Source of the DNA: Antedon mediterranea
Lineage: Eukaryota; Animalia; Echinodermata
Reading direction: 5' to 3'
DNA: 64,000 nt
Assembly: GCF_964355755.1 (NCBI RefSeq)
Contig: NC_092680.1
Location: 10,106,001-10,170,000, forward strand
Under the pieces are notes generated by a model. That model made no database searches and was not told the origin of the DNA. It was given only the letters and a program-made list of their open reading frames with translations. Below, one piece after another: positions 13,189 to 23,932 of the stretch. How positions within the stretch are numbered: the stretch's first letter is position 1; every line of letters begins with the position of its first letter. The position numbers and the translations under genes are program-made.

Positions 13189-14673
13189 TTAGATTCGAGA
13201 CAAAGCATCAGCATTAGTATTATGTGATCCTTTCTTATATTGAACAGTAAAACTATAAGGCTGTAAAGTCAAACTCCATCTAGTAAGACGAGGATTTGTA
13301 GTTTTCATTTGATCCAGCCATTTAATAGCTTTGTGATCTGTTTGTACTATAAAGGGCCGACCATATAGATAAACATGAAATTGTCGTATGGCCCACAAAA
13401 TAGCTAAGCATTCTTTTTCCATAATCCCATAGTTTTCTTCACACGGAGTTAATTTCTTACTTAAATAGGCAACAGGGTGTTCATGTTCATTATCGTCACA
13501 TTGGGTCAAGACTGCGCCGATAGCTTTATTGCTAGCGTCACATTGTAGGATAAATTGTTTATCAAAATTTGGGCTTACTAATACAGAGGAATCGGTCAAT
13601 TTTGTTTGTAAGGTTCTAAAGGAAGTTTCCATTTGCTCCGACCAGTTAACATTATTAGGGGATGATTTCCGAGTGGCCTCAGTCAGGGGGAGCGCAATTT
13701 GGGAAAAGTCAGGGATGAATTTCCGATAATAATTAGCAAGGCCTAAGAATGCCCGGATATTGGTTTTGGTTATGGGGCGGGGATAGTTCTGTAAAGCAGA
13801 TAATTTATCCGGACTGGGTCTTACTAGGCCGTTTCCAATTACATGACCCAAATATGACACAGTTTCCTGGGCTATCTCACACTTAGTAGGTTTTACTGTG
13901 AGGCCTGCTGCGTTTATCCTATCTAGTACTTCAGTTATGTGGAGTAAGTGGGAATTCCAGTCGGTACTAAATATTGCAATGTCATCTAAATAAGCACGGG
14001 CAAAACATTCAGTGCCCCTTAGAATGTTATCAATTAGTCTCTGAAATGTACCTGGGCTATTAGCCATGCCAAATGGCATAACTTTGTATTGGTATTGGCC
14101 CCATGGTGTAATAAATGCAGACTTAAGTTTAGCTTCATCAGTCAGAGCTATTTGGTAATACCCTTGTGTTAGATCAAGTTTAGTAATGAATTTGGCATTA
14201 CCGACCTTATCAATGATATCATCTATACGGGGCATAGGGTATGGGTCAATAATGGTGATTTTGTTTAATTCCCTGTAATCGGTACAAATACGTAGTGATA
14301 CATCCGGTTTTGGAACAGAAACAATGGGGGCAGCCCATGGGCTTGTCGATGGTTCAATGATACCATTATCATGCATGTGTTGTATTTGTAATTTGACTGG
14401 GTCTTCTAATGCATAAGGGATTCTATAGGCTTTTTGTCTTATTGGGGTATCTGTTGTCGTACGGACTTCATGTTTTACCATATCTGTTCTACCTGGGATA
14501 TCTGTAAACATAAATCGTTTTGAGTAGAAGATATGGTGAAGGTCATCTTTCTGGGAAGGGGTAAGATAGCCCGGGATATCAATGTCTTTATAGGATTGGG
14601 CCTGGGAAGTGGCGGGGCCTGGTGGCTCAGGGGGAAACCAATCGTCTGGATCTGGGTCAGGGGCAGTGTACAT
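13189..14673 (-). CDS. Reverse transcriptase-RNase H of the LTR element (frame open upstream to ~14835, including the integrase C-terminal tail)
   Basis: SPWAAP, LDLTQGYYQ, MPFG, YLDD, CDAS, EKECLA, TDH, ADALSR; upstream in-frame KWQGPYPISKVVSDVNYEI..YHINLLR. Confidence 0.93.
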   Translation of the reverse strand: MYTAPDPDPDDWFPPEPPGPATSQAQSYKDIDIPGYLTPSQKDDLHHIFYSKRFMFTDIPGRTDMVKHEVRTTTDTPIRQKAYRIPYALEDPVKLQIQHMHDNGIIEPSTSPWAAPIVSVPKPDVSLRICTDYRELNKITIIDPYPMPRIDDIIDKVGNAKFITKLDLTQGYYQIALTDEAKLKSAFITPWGQYQYKVMPFGMANSPGTFQRLIDNILRGTECFARAYLDDIAIFSTDWNSHLLHITEVLDRINAAGLTVKPTKCEIAQETVSYLGHVIGNGLVRPSPDKLSALQNYPRPITKTNIRAFLGLANYYRKFIPDFSQIALPLTEATRKSSPNNVNWSEQMETSFRTLQTKLTDSSVLVSPNFDKQFILQCDASNKAIGAVLTQCDDNEHEHPVAYLSKKLTPCEENYGIMEKECLAILWAIRQFHVYLYGRPFIVQTDHKAIKWLDQMKTTNPRLTRWSLTLQPYSFTVQYKKGSHNTNADALSRI

Positions 14674-14972
14674 ACAATCATTGTTCTGTTTCTGTGGACG
14701 TTCGTTGTATAATCGTAGTAAATTAATGTGGTATGTTTTGTGTTTGTTACCAACTAGTATTTCATAATTAACATCACTTACAACTTTAGAGATAGGATAG
14801 GGACCTTGCCATTTTAAGTGAAAATGTATGATAACTTAAAATCAATTAGGCTAATAACAGAATGTACCTTAACTACAATATAAGTAATATTGAGAATTAT
14901 AATACAATTATCAACAAGAATTATTAAAGTATAAAATAAATGCCACTGTCAGTATGAAAGTATATGCTAATT

Positions 14973-15177
14973 AGAGTGTAGATTGGTTACTCACCCTTTA
15001 CTTGTGTTGCTCTTTGTACGTCTCTGCTCCTTTGCGTTTGTTGTTTCCAAGAGTGTAGAATGGTTACTACTCACTCTTTACTTGTGTTGCTCTCTGTGTT
15101 CGTCTGTGTTCCTTTGTGTTCCTTGTTGTTGTGTCCAAGAGTGTAGATTGGTTACTACTCACTCTTTACTTGTGTTG
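14973..15177. repeat. ~80-bp tandem repeat (2.5 copies) in the LTR element leader
   Basis: Three recurrences of AGAGTGTAGA(T/A)TGGTTACT..CTTTACTTGTGTTG. Confidence 0.8.
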
Positions 15178-15276
15178 AAAAACAAAATCCGTTTCGGAAA
15201 TAAAAATCAGCTTCCTTTCAAATTCTACAGCTTGGTCGACTGTATAAATTTACTTTTTCTTCGTGAGTTCGTAAAA

Positions 15277-15289
15277 ACCGCTGCCACCA
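15277..15289 (-). promoter_or_regulatory. Primer-binding site, tRNA-Leu type
   Basis: TGGTGGCAGCGGT immediately after the 5' LTR, complementary to the tRNA-Leu 3' end ACCGCUGCCACCA. Confidence 0.8.
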
Positions 15290-15645
15290 TGTAACGGTAG
15301 TCGTGTCGAGGGCCAAGACAATAACGATGGCACACAATGATTCAATGTACAAAATATAATATTTATTCAATCAAAAAGTAATATTATAAAACAATGTGAA
15401 ACGTAGTGATTCTGACTGATGTTATAGTCTCAAGAATCAATACCCGAACTAACTAACTTAACTACAAAACATATATTTATATTAAGGGGACAGGAAGGAT
15501 GACTAATTAAATGGTACCACATCCTGATTGACTTTCCTTGGAAGACCCACCTCAGGAATGTAGTGTTCCAAGTTAAGTAGACATCGGGGAGAGTAAGGGG
15601 TGAATAGCCTGTGTGACTAATAGGGTTTGGTCCCACCATGTTACA
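15290..15645 (-). repeat. 5' LTR
   Basis: Direct repeat of 12022-12377. Confidence 0.95.
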
Positions 15646-17106
15646 CGGTGACAAGATCAGATTAGTTGTATATATATTTTCTTAGAACTAGTTGAGCCAT
15701 TAGGGTGTTAATTTGTATTTTAGTTATTAGTTATAGGCAATTATTAAATGTCAATGACTTGCGCTAAATCTTTATTTTATTCCCTTGTTTGCAATGTCGA
15801 CTGGGGCAAGAGTTCAATTTAAATGAATCTGTGTATTGCGAATGTTATTGTACTTCCATTAGGAACAACAATAAATTTGTCATGGATATTAATAAATACC
15901 GCCAGGAGAGCGCTCTTGATGATAATGTGATGAAAGTGAAAGCATATCGTCCCCAGCAGTTTAACAACATTTTTTTTATTATTTTAAGTACTAAAGGTGA
16001 AATTAAGGGCAGAAAGATTTGGGTTGCTGATTGAAATTAGAAAATGCAAACAAACTTTATCAAAATATTTCCATTTTTATCAAATTAAACTCATAAATTA
16101 AATTGCTACAGCTATCAAACCATCAGCTACTTTTATGATGTATCGCAACAGATAAACGAATATTTGCCCTGATTGGTGACACAATTTATAAGCTTTGTTC
16201 CCACTGGATCTGGGTCTGGATGAATACTGGCGAAGGACCACTTGGGTATATGCGCCAGGGGGGTGCGTCTCTCGGTGTGCAAACATCATACTTAACTGAA
16301 TTTATTTTATTTTATTTTTTTATTTATTTATTAACTTCACAAAACTGACCAAACAATGACGAAAAAACAAACAAACCAACATCCATATATTAATATACAT
16401 AAATCGATTGCTGCATTAAATTGAAGCCCATGACTTGGCAGTACATGCTATTAGGTGGTGCAATAGTGATTGTGCAATCCTCTAAAGTTTGTCCACAGTG
16501 TTGATTTAAAGTACATTCCGTGCTCTTACAGTACGCAGAAAAAAAGAATATTTGTATTTGTCTATTGAGTATCTCGCATTTGACAATTTAAAATTATTGG
16601 AGTTTCGTAACACTCTTGTATGAATATTACTTGTGTATGGTGGTAGTATTATGGCTGTTCTTCCATGCCATGTTTTGTATAGAAGAGATTGTCTGGCAAC
16701 AAATCTTCTATGTTGAAGAAGTGGCCATTTTAACTGTTTATTAATCTCTGTAATGCTACTATTTCTGTCATAATTTTTTGTCACATATCTGGCTGCTTTG
16801 TTTTGAATTGATTGTATTTTATTAATTTGTTTTAGTTGATATGGATCCCATACTGTCTGCGCATATTTGAGTGTTGGCCAAACAAATGTCGTGTATGATT
16901 TATTTTTAATTTCAACAGAACAATTGTGAAAATTTCTTCTTAACATGTTTAATGTATTATTTGCTTTTTTTGTAATCTTGTCAATGTGGGCTCCCCATGT
17001 TAGGTTATGGGTAAGTTCCACTCCAAGGTATCTAAGTTGTTTTGTTGATTGAAGTGTAACATGCATTGTATATTCGTACTGTTGATTATTTTTTCTGTTA
17101 TTTTAA

Positions 17107-17731
17107 AGCCCCCTTCCCTACGTTTTTTAAATCTAATTTAAGATCACAAACTATATTTAATGTAAAAATAATACTATATGGTCCTATTGTGATAACTTTT
17201 TTTGTCTTTAAACGGTTAAAAATGTGAAAAATAAGTCTATTCTAATAATTATAGCGGCCCGCTATAAATCCCAAAATGCATTGCGCGCGGATTGATTTTG
17301 TTTTTCACCTGTAATTCGCCCACTTTTTGATCGATCGTGAGACCAAAACAAATGGAAGACTCCTAACTTTTCAGCGAAAATACCGGGTTTTCCCCAATTT
17401 GTATCAACGGAGTCTGGCAAAAATAGAAAGACAATTAATGCAGCAACTATACAACGTCAGGCTAGGTATATAGCTAGCGTATGATGTTCGTACGTTACCG
17501 ATGTTTACCAGAGGCCTACAAAACTAAGCCTATAGCTAAGCTAGGCCTAAGACCGTCCACGAGAGGTCAGTCGCCGCGAGCTACTTAGGTATAGTGCATT
17601 GTTTCTCACTTTTTATCATAATTTACCATAAAACGTACATTTAAGACAAGGAATGACATGGTTTAATGTTTTTAAAGTGATATATATGTATTATTTTCCA
17701 AAAAACGTCCAAAATTGCAGGGAAGGGGTCT
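17107..17731. mobile_element. Kolobok-like MITE inserted in the RTEX-like LINE
   Basis: TTAA|AGCCCCCTTCCCT ... AGGGAAGGGGTCT|TTAT; splits LINE RT C-terminus after NPNKCQV. Confidence 0.75.
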
Positions 17732-19541
17732 TTATTTACTTGGCATTTGTTGGGATTAAATTTCATTTGCCATTTTTCAGACCATGCCACTACTTTATCA
17801 AGATCTTTTTGGAGTTGCTTGGCATCATTGTTATTTTCGACAGATTTAAATAAAATACAATCATCAGCAAATAATTTCATTTCCGACGTAATATTTTCTG
17901 TAATGTCGTTAATGTAAAGTAAAAACATGAGAGGTCCTAAAACTGTACCCTGTTTTACTCCTGATTGTACGTTTACTTTATTGGATGTGTATCCATCCAT
18001 AACTACCGATTGGGGCCTATCAACTAACCATGATTTTATCCAATTATGTGTACAACCTCTTATTCCATAATAATTAACTTTGTATAAAAGCCTTTGATGA
18101 GGAACCGTATCAAATGCTTTTGAAAAATCAAGTACTATACAATCGGTGATTTTCTTTACATCCATGTTTTTTGTTAATATTTCTATTGTGTTAATAAATT
18201 GAGATTCACAACTATGGCCTTGTCTGAATCCATGTTGATTAATGTTTATTATGATTAATTTCTTTTTTCTAGGTGATCCATAACATTACTAAATATTAAA
18301 TTTCCCTTAACTTTACAAGTCACAAATGTAAGAGACACAGGCCTATAATTAACTGGTAATGATCTATCACCTTTTTTAAATAAGGCTGTTACATTTGCTT
18401 GCTTCCAATCATGTGGCACTTCCCCTTCCTCTAAAGACTGCTGAAATATTTTAGTTAGGATGGGTGCCACAAGATCTGCATGGTCTTTAATAATTTGCGT
18501 CGGAATCATATCTATACCAATTGCTTTTTTTGGGATTAAGTTTACTTAATAGTTTGAATATTCCATCTGTATTAATTTTAATTTCAGGCATCTTTGGATA
18601 TGGACTTTGGCCTTTGTCGGGAATATTCCTAGTATCTTCGTTGGTAAATACTTTCTGAAATTGTTTAGATAACATTTCTGCTTTATCCTTTCCTTCAGTT
18701 GCAAATTTACCATTTGTTTGCAGAGATGAGATTCCAACTCTATCTCGCCTTAGACCCTTTACGAATGTATATAGTTTTTTAAGTGCACCACCACTATTTT
18801 CAATTTCATCGAACAAGCTTTCGACATACTGGTCATATGCCTTTTTAATTTCGATTTTTATTGTTTTTTGGATACTTCTATACTGTCCCCAATCCTTAGC
18901 TAGTTTTGTTGTTTTGGGTTTTCTATATTTTTTTCTTCTAATGCTCATAAGTTTTTTAACTTTATAGTTGATCCATGGTAGATTAGATTTATTACAGTCT
19001 ATTTCTATCTTTTCTAGTTACGTTATATCCATTTGGAAACACTTCTGAATCAGTATAGTAGAATCCAAGTGTGATTCTGTACCCATTATGATATCAGCAT
19101 TATGCTCTTTTAATATTAATATTGTATCTAGTTCGGCTTGTTTATGTTTACTCTTTAGTCCTTGACAATTTATTGTCATTATTTTTATTTTCTTCTACTT
19201 GATTTTCTTGTTATTGTTTTACTTTTAGTGTTTGTATTTTTAAATGATTGGTCAATTTGTGGTTGATTGTCATTTATATTTGTATTTGCTAGCGTACTAC
19301 TATCATTGAGTGAGGAATATGAGTTTTCACTTTCGAATGACTCCTCAAAGAAACTGTTTGAGAAATTTGGTAAGCTACATTTTTAACAGATCCACGAGAA
19401 TGTTTTACCTTGTAAATTATTATATTCTTTAGTTGTTAGTCCTATACATTTAATGTGAAGCCATGATTCACATTCGTCACAATTTATCGCTTTGTGATTA
19501 CAAGCTACGGTTTTCTCACATACCCCACGAGGATGTTTAAT

Positions 19542-19565
19542 GGGACCTGGGTTAGTTTCAATGTC
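19542..19565 (-). other. 2A-like StopGo motif DIETNPGP at the LINE ORF N-terminus
   Basis: Matches D(V/I)ExNPGP consensus, preceded by hydrophobic LILIIIILAG. Confidence 0.85.
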
Positions 19566-21543
19566 TCCTGCTAGAATTATTATTATTAGAATAAGAGATG
19601 TCTTTGGATGTTCGTTTGGAGGAGACGGAAAGAAGACATATCTCTTTTTCATTGTATTAAGTTCATTTGCAACAGAATTTAGATTTCCGATTCCATTTAG
19701 ATGTTCGATTCCATTATTTTCACTAACAGTATTATGCCTACCTTTTCTTTGATTTGGCCAGCAGTTTATACATAGGACAACCTGACCAAAATTGAAGCTA
19801 GAATTGTTATGCAGTGACGATAATGTATACTACTGATATTAACTTGATTTAGCTTAGGCCTTAGGCCCGGTCCTAGGCCTACTTTTTTGTAAACCCATTT
19901 TATTTGTTTATTTTAGAAATTTTTTCAAAGGAATACCTTATTTCACCGAATAATTCAGAAAGTAATTAATTTATTCAACACACGAAATATTGGCACTCTC
20001 CCTTTGCTACCCTACTGTGGTGAGCTCCTCAGATGTTGTAGTCCTAGGCCTAGACTAGACCAGCCAGGTAGGATTGATGTCCACCGGCTTATGTTCCTCT
20101 ACTGCACAGGTTTGGCTTCTTGACTAGGCTTAGCTCAATCGGTAAAAATAATCCTTAAACATCGACTTGGTAAAGCTTCCAAATTCAACAAATTAAGGTT
20201 CAAAGTGTTCATCAGACATTCAGGAATACAAGTACTTGACAATTGAAGCCAAAAATACACCAAAATTCCAAAATTCAAAAATTATACAAGCAAAATTGGT
20301 GAGGAAAAAAAGTGTTTCACACCAGTGACATGCCTCCTCTACCCAATAGTTTACCCACGGTTACGTTGTGTACTATGTATTGACGTACGCTATACAGCAA
20401 AAAGGATACAAATTATGTTTGCGATCTATTGTTCGTATGTTGTTTACGATTAACCCTCTGTATCGTGGGGACCTAAAATAGACAAAAATGGTCTACGCTT
20501 GCGGACGCATTCCTCTCCAAAAAAAAGGCAAAAGGCATTTCATTTCATTTTTCGATGTACAATACAGTCAGTGAATTGTCTGGGGACCTATAGCTCAATT
20601 TTTTTTTATATCTCGGTTCCAGCCATAGTAGGGTTGGTTCTGGAAACTAATTCCGGTATATATTTTGTTTTATGTTTCGAAGTATAATAAATCCAATATC
20701 CAGGATCTAGCAACTAATGGTAGAGCAGGTCCTGGAGACTTATTGTATTATATTTACTTATATTTTGTTTCTTTTTTCGAAATACTGTACTATAATCCTA
20801 TTTCCGGCGACATAACAACTCTATTTTTCTAAATGTTCTTAGCTCCATCCATCAATGTATAATTGTAATTTCTGGGGACCTAGCAGCTCTATTTTTCAAA
20901 TTTTTCAAAATAAGCCCATGGGTGTTAGTCTCGCGCATTACAATTTTCGCACCCCCATACAACAACCAGTCTACGCCTCTTCAATTAACGATATACCTCT
21001 TGGCCTGTGGGTAGGTTTTACGTTCACGTATATTTTCTATGATAGGTATATTGAACTTTAAAAACTTTATTTTTATTGAAAGAATGGATTTACACAGTCA
21101 TCGCATCGGACCTCGTGCAATATGTTTTTCACACATTATTTTATTTATGTAGCATAAAAAATGAACAAAGTTGGCTACCCTAAATCTGAAAACGGCCTCA
21201 AATTACGCTATAACGCATTGCTTCCTGGGGGATTGCCCCAGTGTAGATAAGCTTTTCTGTAGAACACCGCCTAAATTTGTTGATTAGAATGTCAATCTAG
21301 CTCTGTGACTTTTATTTTCCTCACTGATGTGTATATTGATTTTAACTTGTTTGGATCAATGCATAATGCATAATTTCGAACATGAATTTTGTATTATGAA
21401 TCTGACTTATCACAGTATACAATATATTACTAATTAGCACACAGCCTGCCTACATTTAATTATTAGTAATGAAAATAGGGCAGTTTATTACAAATAGGCT
21501 AATAATTTTCCTCTTATACCACTTGTTTACAAATTTATCATTA

Positions 21544-23193
21544 CTAGATGGCACGCTCGCTTCGCTCGCGTACCATCTAGGTCGTGCCCACAGATGGTTC
21601 TCGAATACACAGTATTTCCAGCGAGAAAAAAATGGAGATTTCAAATGTACGTACTGCAGGACTATAATACATTGTCGTTTACAGAAACGAATAAATATAC
21701 ACAATGATTTATGTAGTCAACCAAAATTAGCACCCTGAGAATTACTTCCGAGAGAGAAACAAAATGAGTCAAATTTTTTTATTTGGACTCATTTAAACAA
21801 ACCCAATTTGTGTTTTGTATGTAACATTAAGGGTTGAGGGATGGGGGAAGAAGATAGGTACAAAGAGGAAACATTTTAAAATATATTCTTATCCACTCAG
21901 TAACGAAATATTGTTTTTAATGTTTTATAGGCCTATAAATAATATACCACTAAATACAGTAAAACATTTACGATTTAATACGTTACTTTGTTAAAACTCT
22001 CACTGTCATAGTCGATTGAAATAGTAAAGTACATGTAACGATACACCACTACGACGTTTATATATTTTTAAATTATTAATTAATACAAACGTTGAGAAGC
22101 AACTGTCAGTAATAACTTTTTTTTAAATTTTTTTATTTGGACTCATTTAAACAAACCCAATTTGTGTTTTGTATGTAACATTAAGGGTTGAGGGATGGGG
22201 GAAGAAGATAGGTACAAAGAGGAAACATTTTAAAATATATTCTTATCCACTCAGTAACAAAATATTGTTTTTAATGTTTTATAGCCCTATAAATAATATA
22301 CCACTAAATACAGTAAAACATTTACGATTTAATACGGTACTTTGTTAAAACTCTCACTGTCATAGTCGATTGAAATAGTAAAGTACATGTAACGATACAC
22401 CACTACGACGTTTATATATTTTTAAATTATTAATTAATACAAACGTTGAGAAGCAACTGTCAGTAATAACGTTTATTTATTTGTATATTATATGTTTATA
22501 ATCTAACAGTAGGGCCTACCCACACTCACAGTAATAAAGTTTATTTGTATATATTTTTATATTACATCTAACAGTACCAACACTCACAGTAAGAAATTTG
22601 CGATTCAAATTGCGATCAAAAGTGGTTAATACCTTAACAGTATTGTACAGCATAGCAATACTATTTATGTTTATTCTCCAAGGGGGCCCATAAATCTAAA
22701 TCTTTACCTGTATGGTTAAACCAAATAATTTGGAATGTTCCATTCATCACAAATCAATACATTTGTAAAAACGTATATTAAATGTATCAAAATAGTATTT
22801 TTTAAAGAAAATCGGCCTGTCTTCAACATTATGATGGTGTACTCTAGCTGTTCAACCGGTTTTCAGCTATTAAAAACAATTATCGTAGGAGGAGATAGGA
22901 AAATGCGAAGCCTCCTCGCATTTTTGTGGCGGGTATTTTTCAAGACGGACATCCATTATACAGTGTATACCACGGTCGGAAAACACCCCTATTTGGGGCA
23001 AATCTTGGAACCTAAATTCGTTTTAACCGTCAATAACTTATTATCTAACTTAATTTAATTAGTAAACAGGGTTACATCAGGTGGTTAAAATCAGTACCGA
23101 AAGTACGAACCAACTTTATATACCATCGAGTAAAAATTATAGAAGTAAGGCACGATTTACCGAATTTTGCCCTTACGTAAATTTATATATAGA
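21544..23193 (-). mobile_element. Non-autonomous canonical Helitron (Helitron1)
   Basis: Minus strand: A|TCTATATATA 5' end at 23193; GC hairpin around GCGAGCGAAGCGAGC ending CTAG|T at 21544; A/T target, no TSD. Confidence 0.8.
21771..22470. repeat. Near-identical 354-bp tandem duplication inside the Helitron1
   Basis: ATTTGGACTCATTTAAACAAACCC.. at 21781 and 22135. Confidence 0.92.
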
Positions 23194-23383
23194 TTATGAA
23201 TAGTTTAAAAGGATAAATCTATTATTGCTGTATATTAAATTGTAAATTGATTGTGATTTTGGCCATGGTTAATATCTTGATGTTTTAACGTTCCTTTCAT
23301 TGATTGTCACTGATATAAATCATGTAAGTCAATAAATGTTAATAAATAGTTAATTTTTTATTACTTTTGTACTTCTTTTCAAG

Positions 23384-23473
23384 ATATTACACAGACTAAT
23401 CTTGCTAGCAAAAGAATCAGTGAATATATTGGAGAAAGTGATGATGGACCTTTCAAGTCCTACTGAATACATT
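23384..23473 (+). CDS. NOL6: NOL6 internal exon
   Basis: ttttcaag|..|gtgagt; ILHRLILLAKESVNILEKVMMDLSSPTEYI, 90 nt, phase 0. Confidence 0.92.
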
Positions 23474-23714
23474 GTGAGTATCAACAGTTACTCTAGCTAT
23501 AGCTAGTGAAGTCTATTGGCAGTTCATTTCTTAAAATTGAATTCCAACCAAACATGCTTATTGTAAAATAATTGAACATTAATACAGTATCTTGTCCCAT
23601 TGCCACATAATGTTTCACAATGTTTATAACAAACACATATAAAATAAAAGTTTAGAGTGTTTGTAAGTAGAAGGACTATATTAAACAATTCTTTTTTTTA
23701 ATTCTCTTATATAG

Positions 23715-23912
23715 CAAATTTTCCGGCCACCTATGGATTCATACGATGTACTGATATACTTAAAGCATGATCACCTTCCCAGAAGGCATCAGTGTATAGA
23801 CAAGGACAAACCCAAATCTGATTCTACACATATCCCTAAATTTCTGCCAAAAACTTCACCCATGCCAGTCATTGATTTTGACCCACCAGCTTACTATTTA
23901 CAGGAGCTTAAT
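23715..23912 (+). CDS. NOL6: NOL6 internal exon
   Basis: tatag|..|gtgagt; QIFRPPMDSYDVLIYL..MPVIDFDPPAYYLQELN, 198 nt. Confidence 0.95.
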
Positions 23913-23932
23913 GTGAGTATTTTCATAGAATA

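Larger units (their letters stand above)
12022..15645 (-). mobile_element. Gypsy (Gmr1-type order) LTR retrotransposon, internally deleted (no gag/protease/integrase core)
   Basis: Two 356-bp TG..CA LTRs, 5-bp TSD CGGTG (12017-12021, 15646-15650), PBS, PPT, RT-RNaseH ORF preceded in frame by an integrase C-terminal GPY motif. Confidence 0.95.
16204..20340 (-). mobile_element. Decayed RTEX/CR1-like LINE: 2A-like peptide, PHD, APE, RT; 5' boundary approximate
   Basis: LAGDIETNPGP + PHD (19383-19652), NCQGL..GTESHLD APE remnant, NYRPVSL, LDFSKAFD, QGTVLGP, FADD, YSFF.RT C-terminus; (CCAGAT)-like tail at ~16204-16225. Confidence 0.85.

Noticed and set aside
20180-20220. Hammerhead in the LINE 5' region (minus-strand CTGATGA)
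   Set aside because: No GAAA after a stem II and no supporting stems.
20455-21000. Possible additional MITE with GGGGACCTA repeats (also 30505-30720 and 31620-31935)
   Set aside because: Repeat-like, but I could not define paired termini or TSDs.
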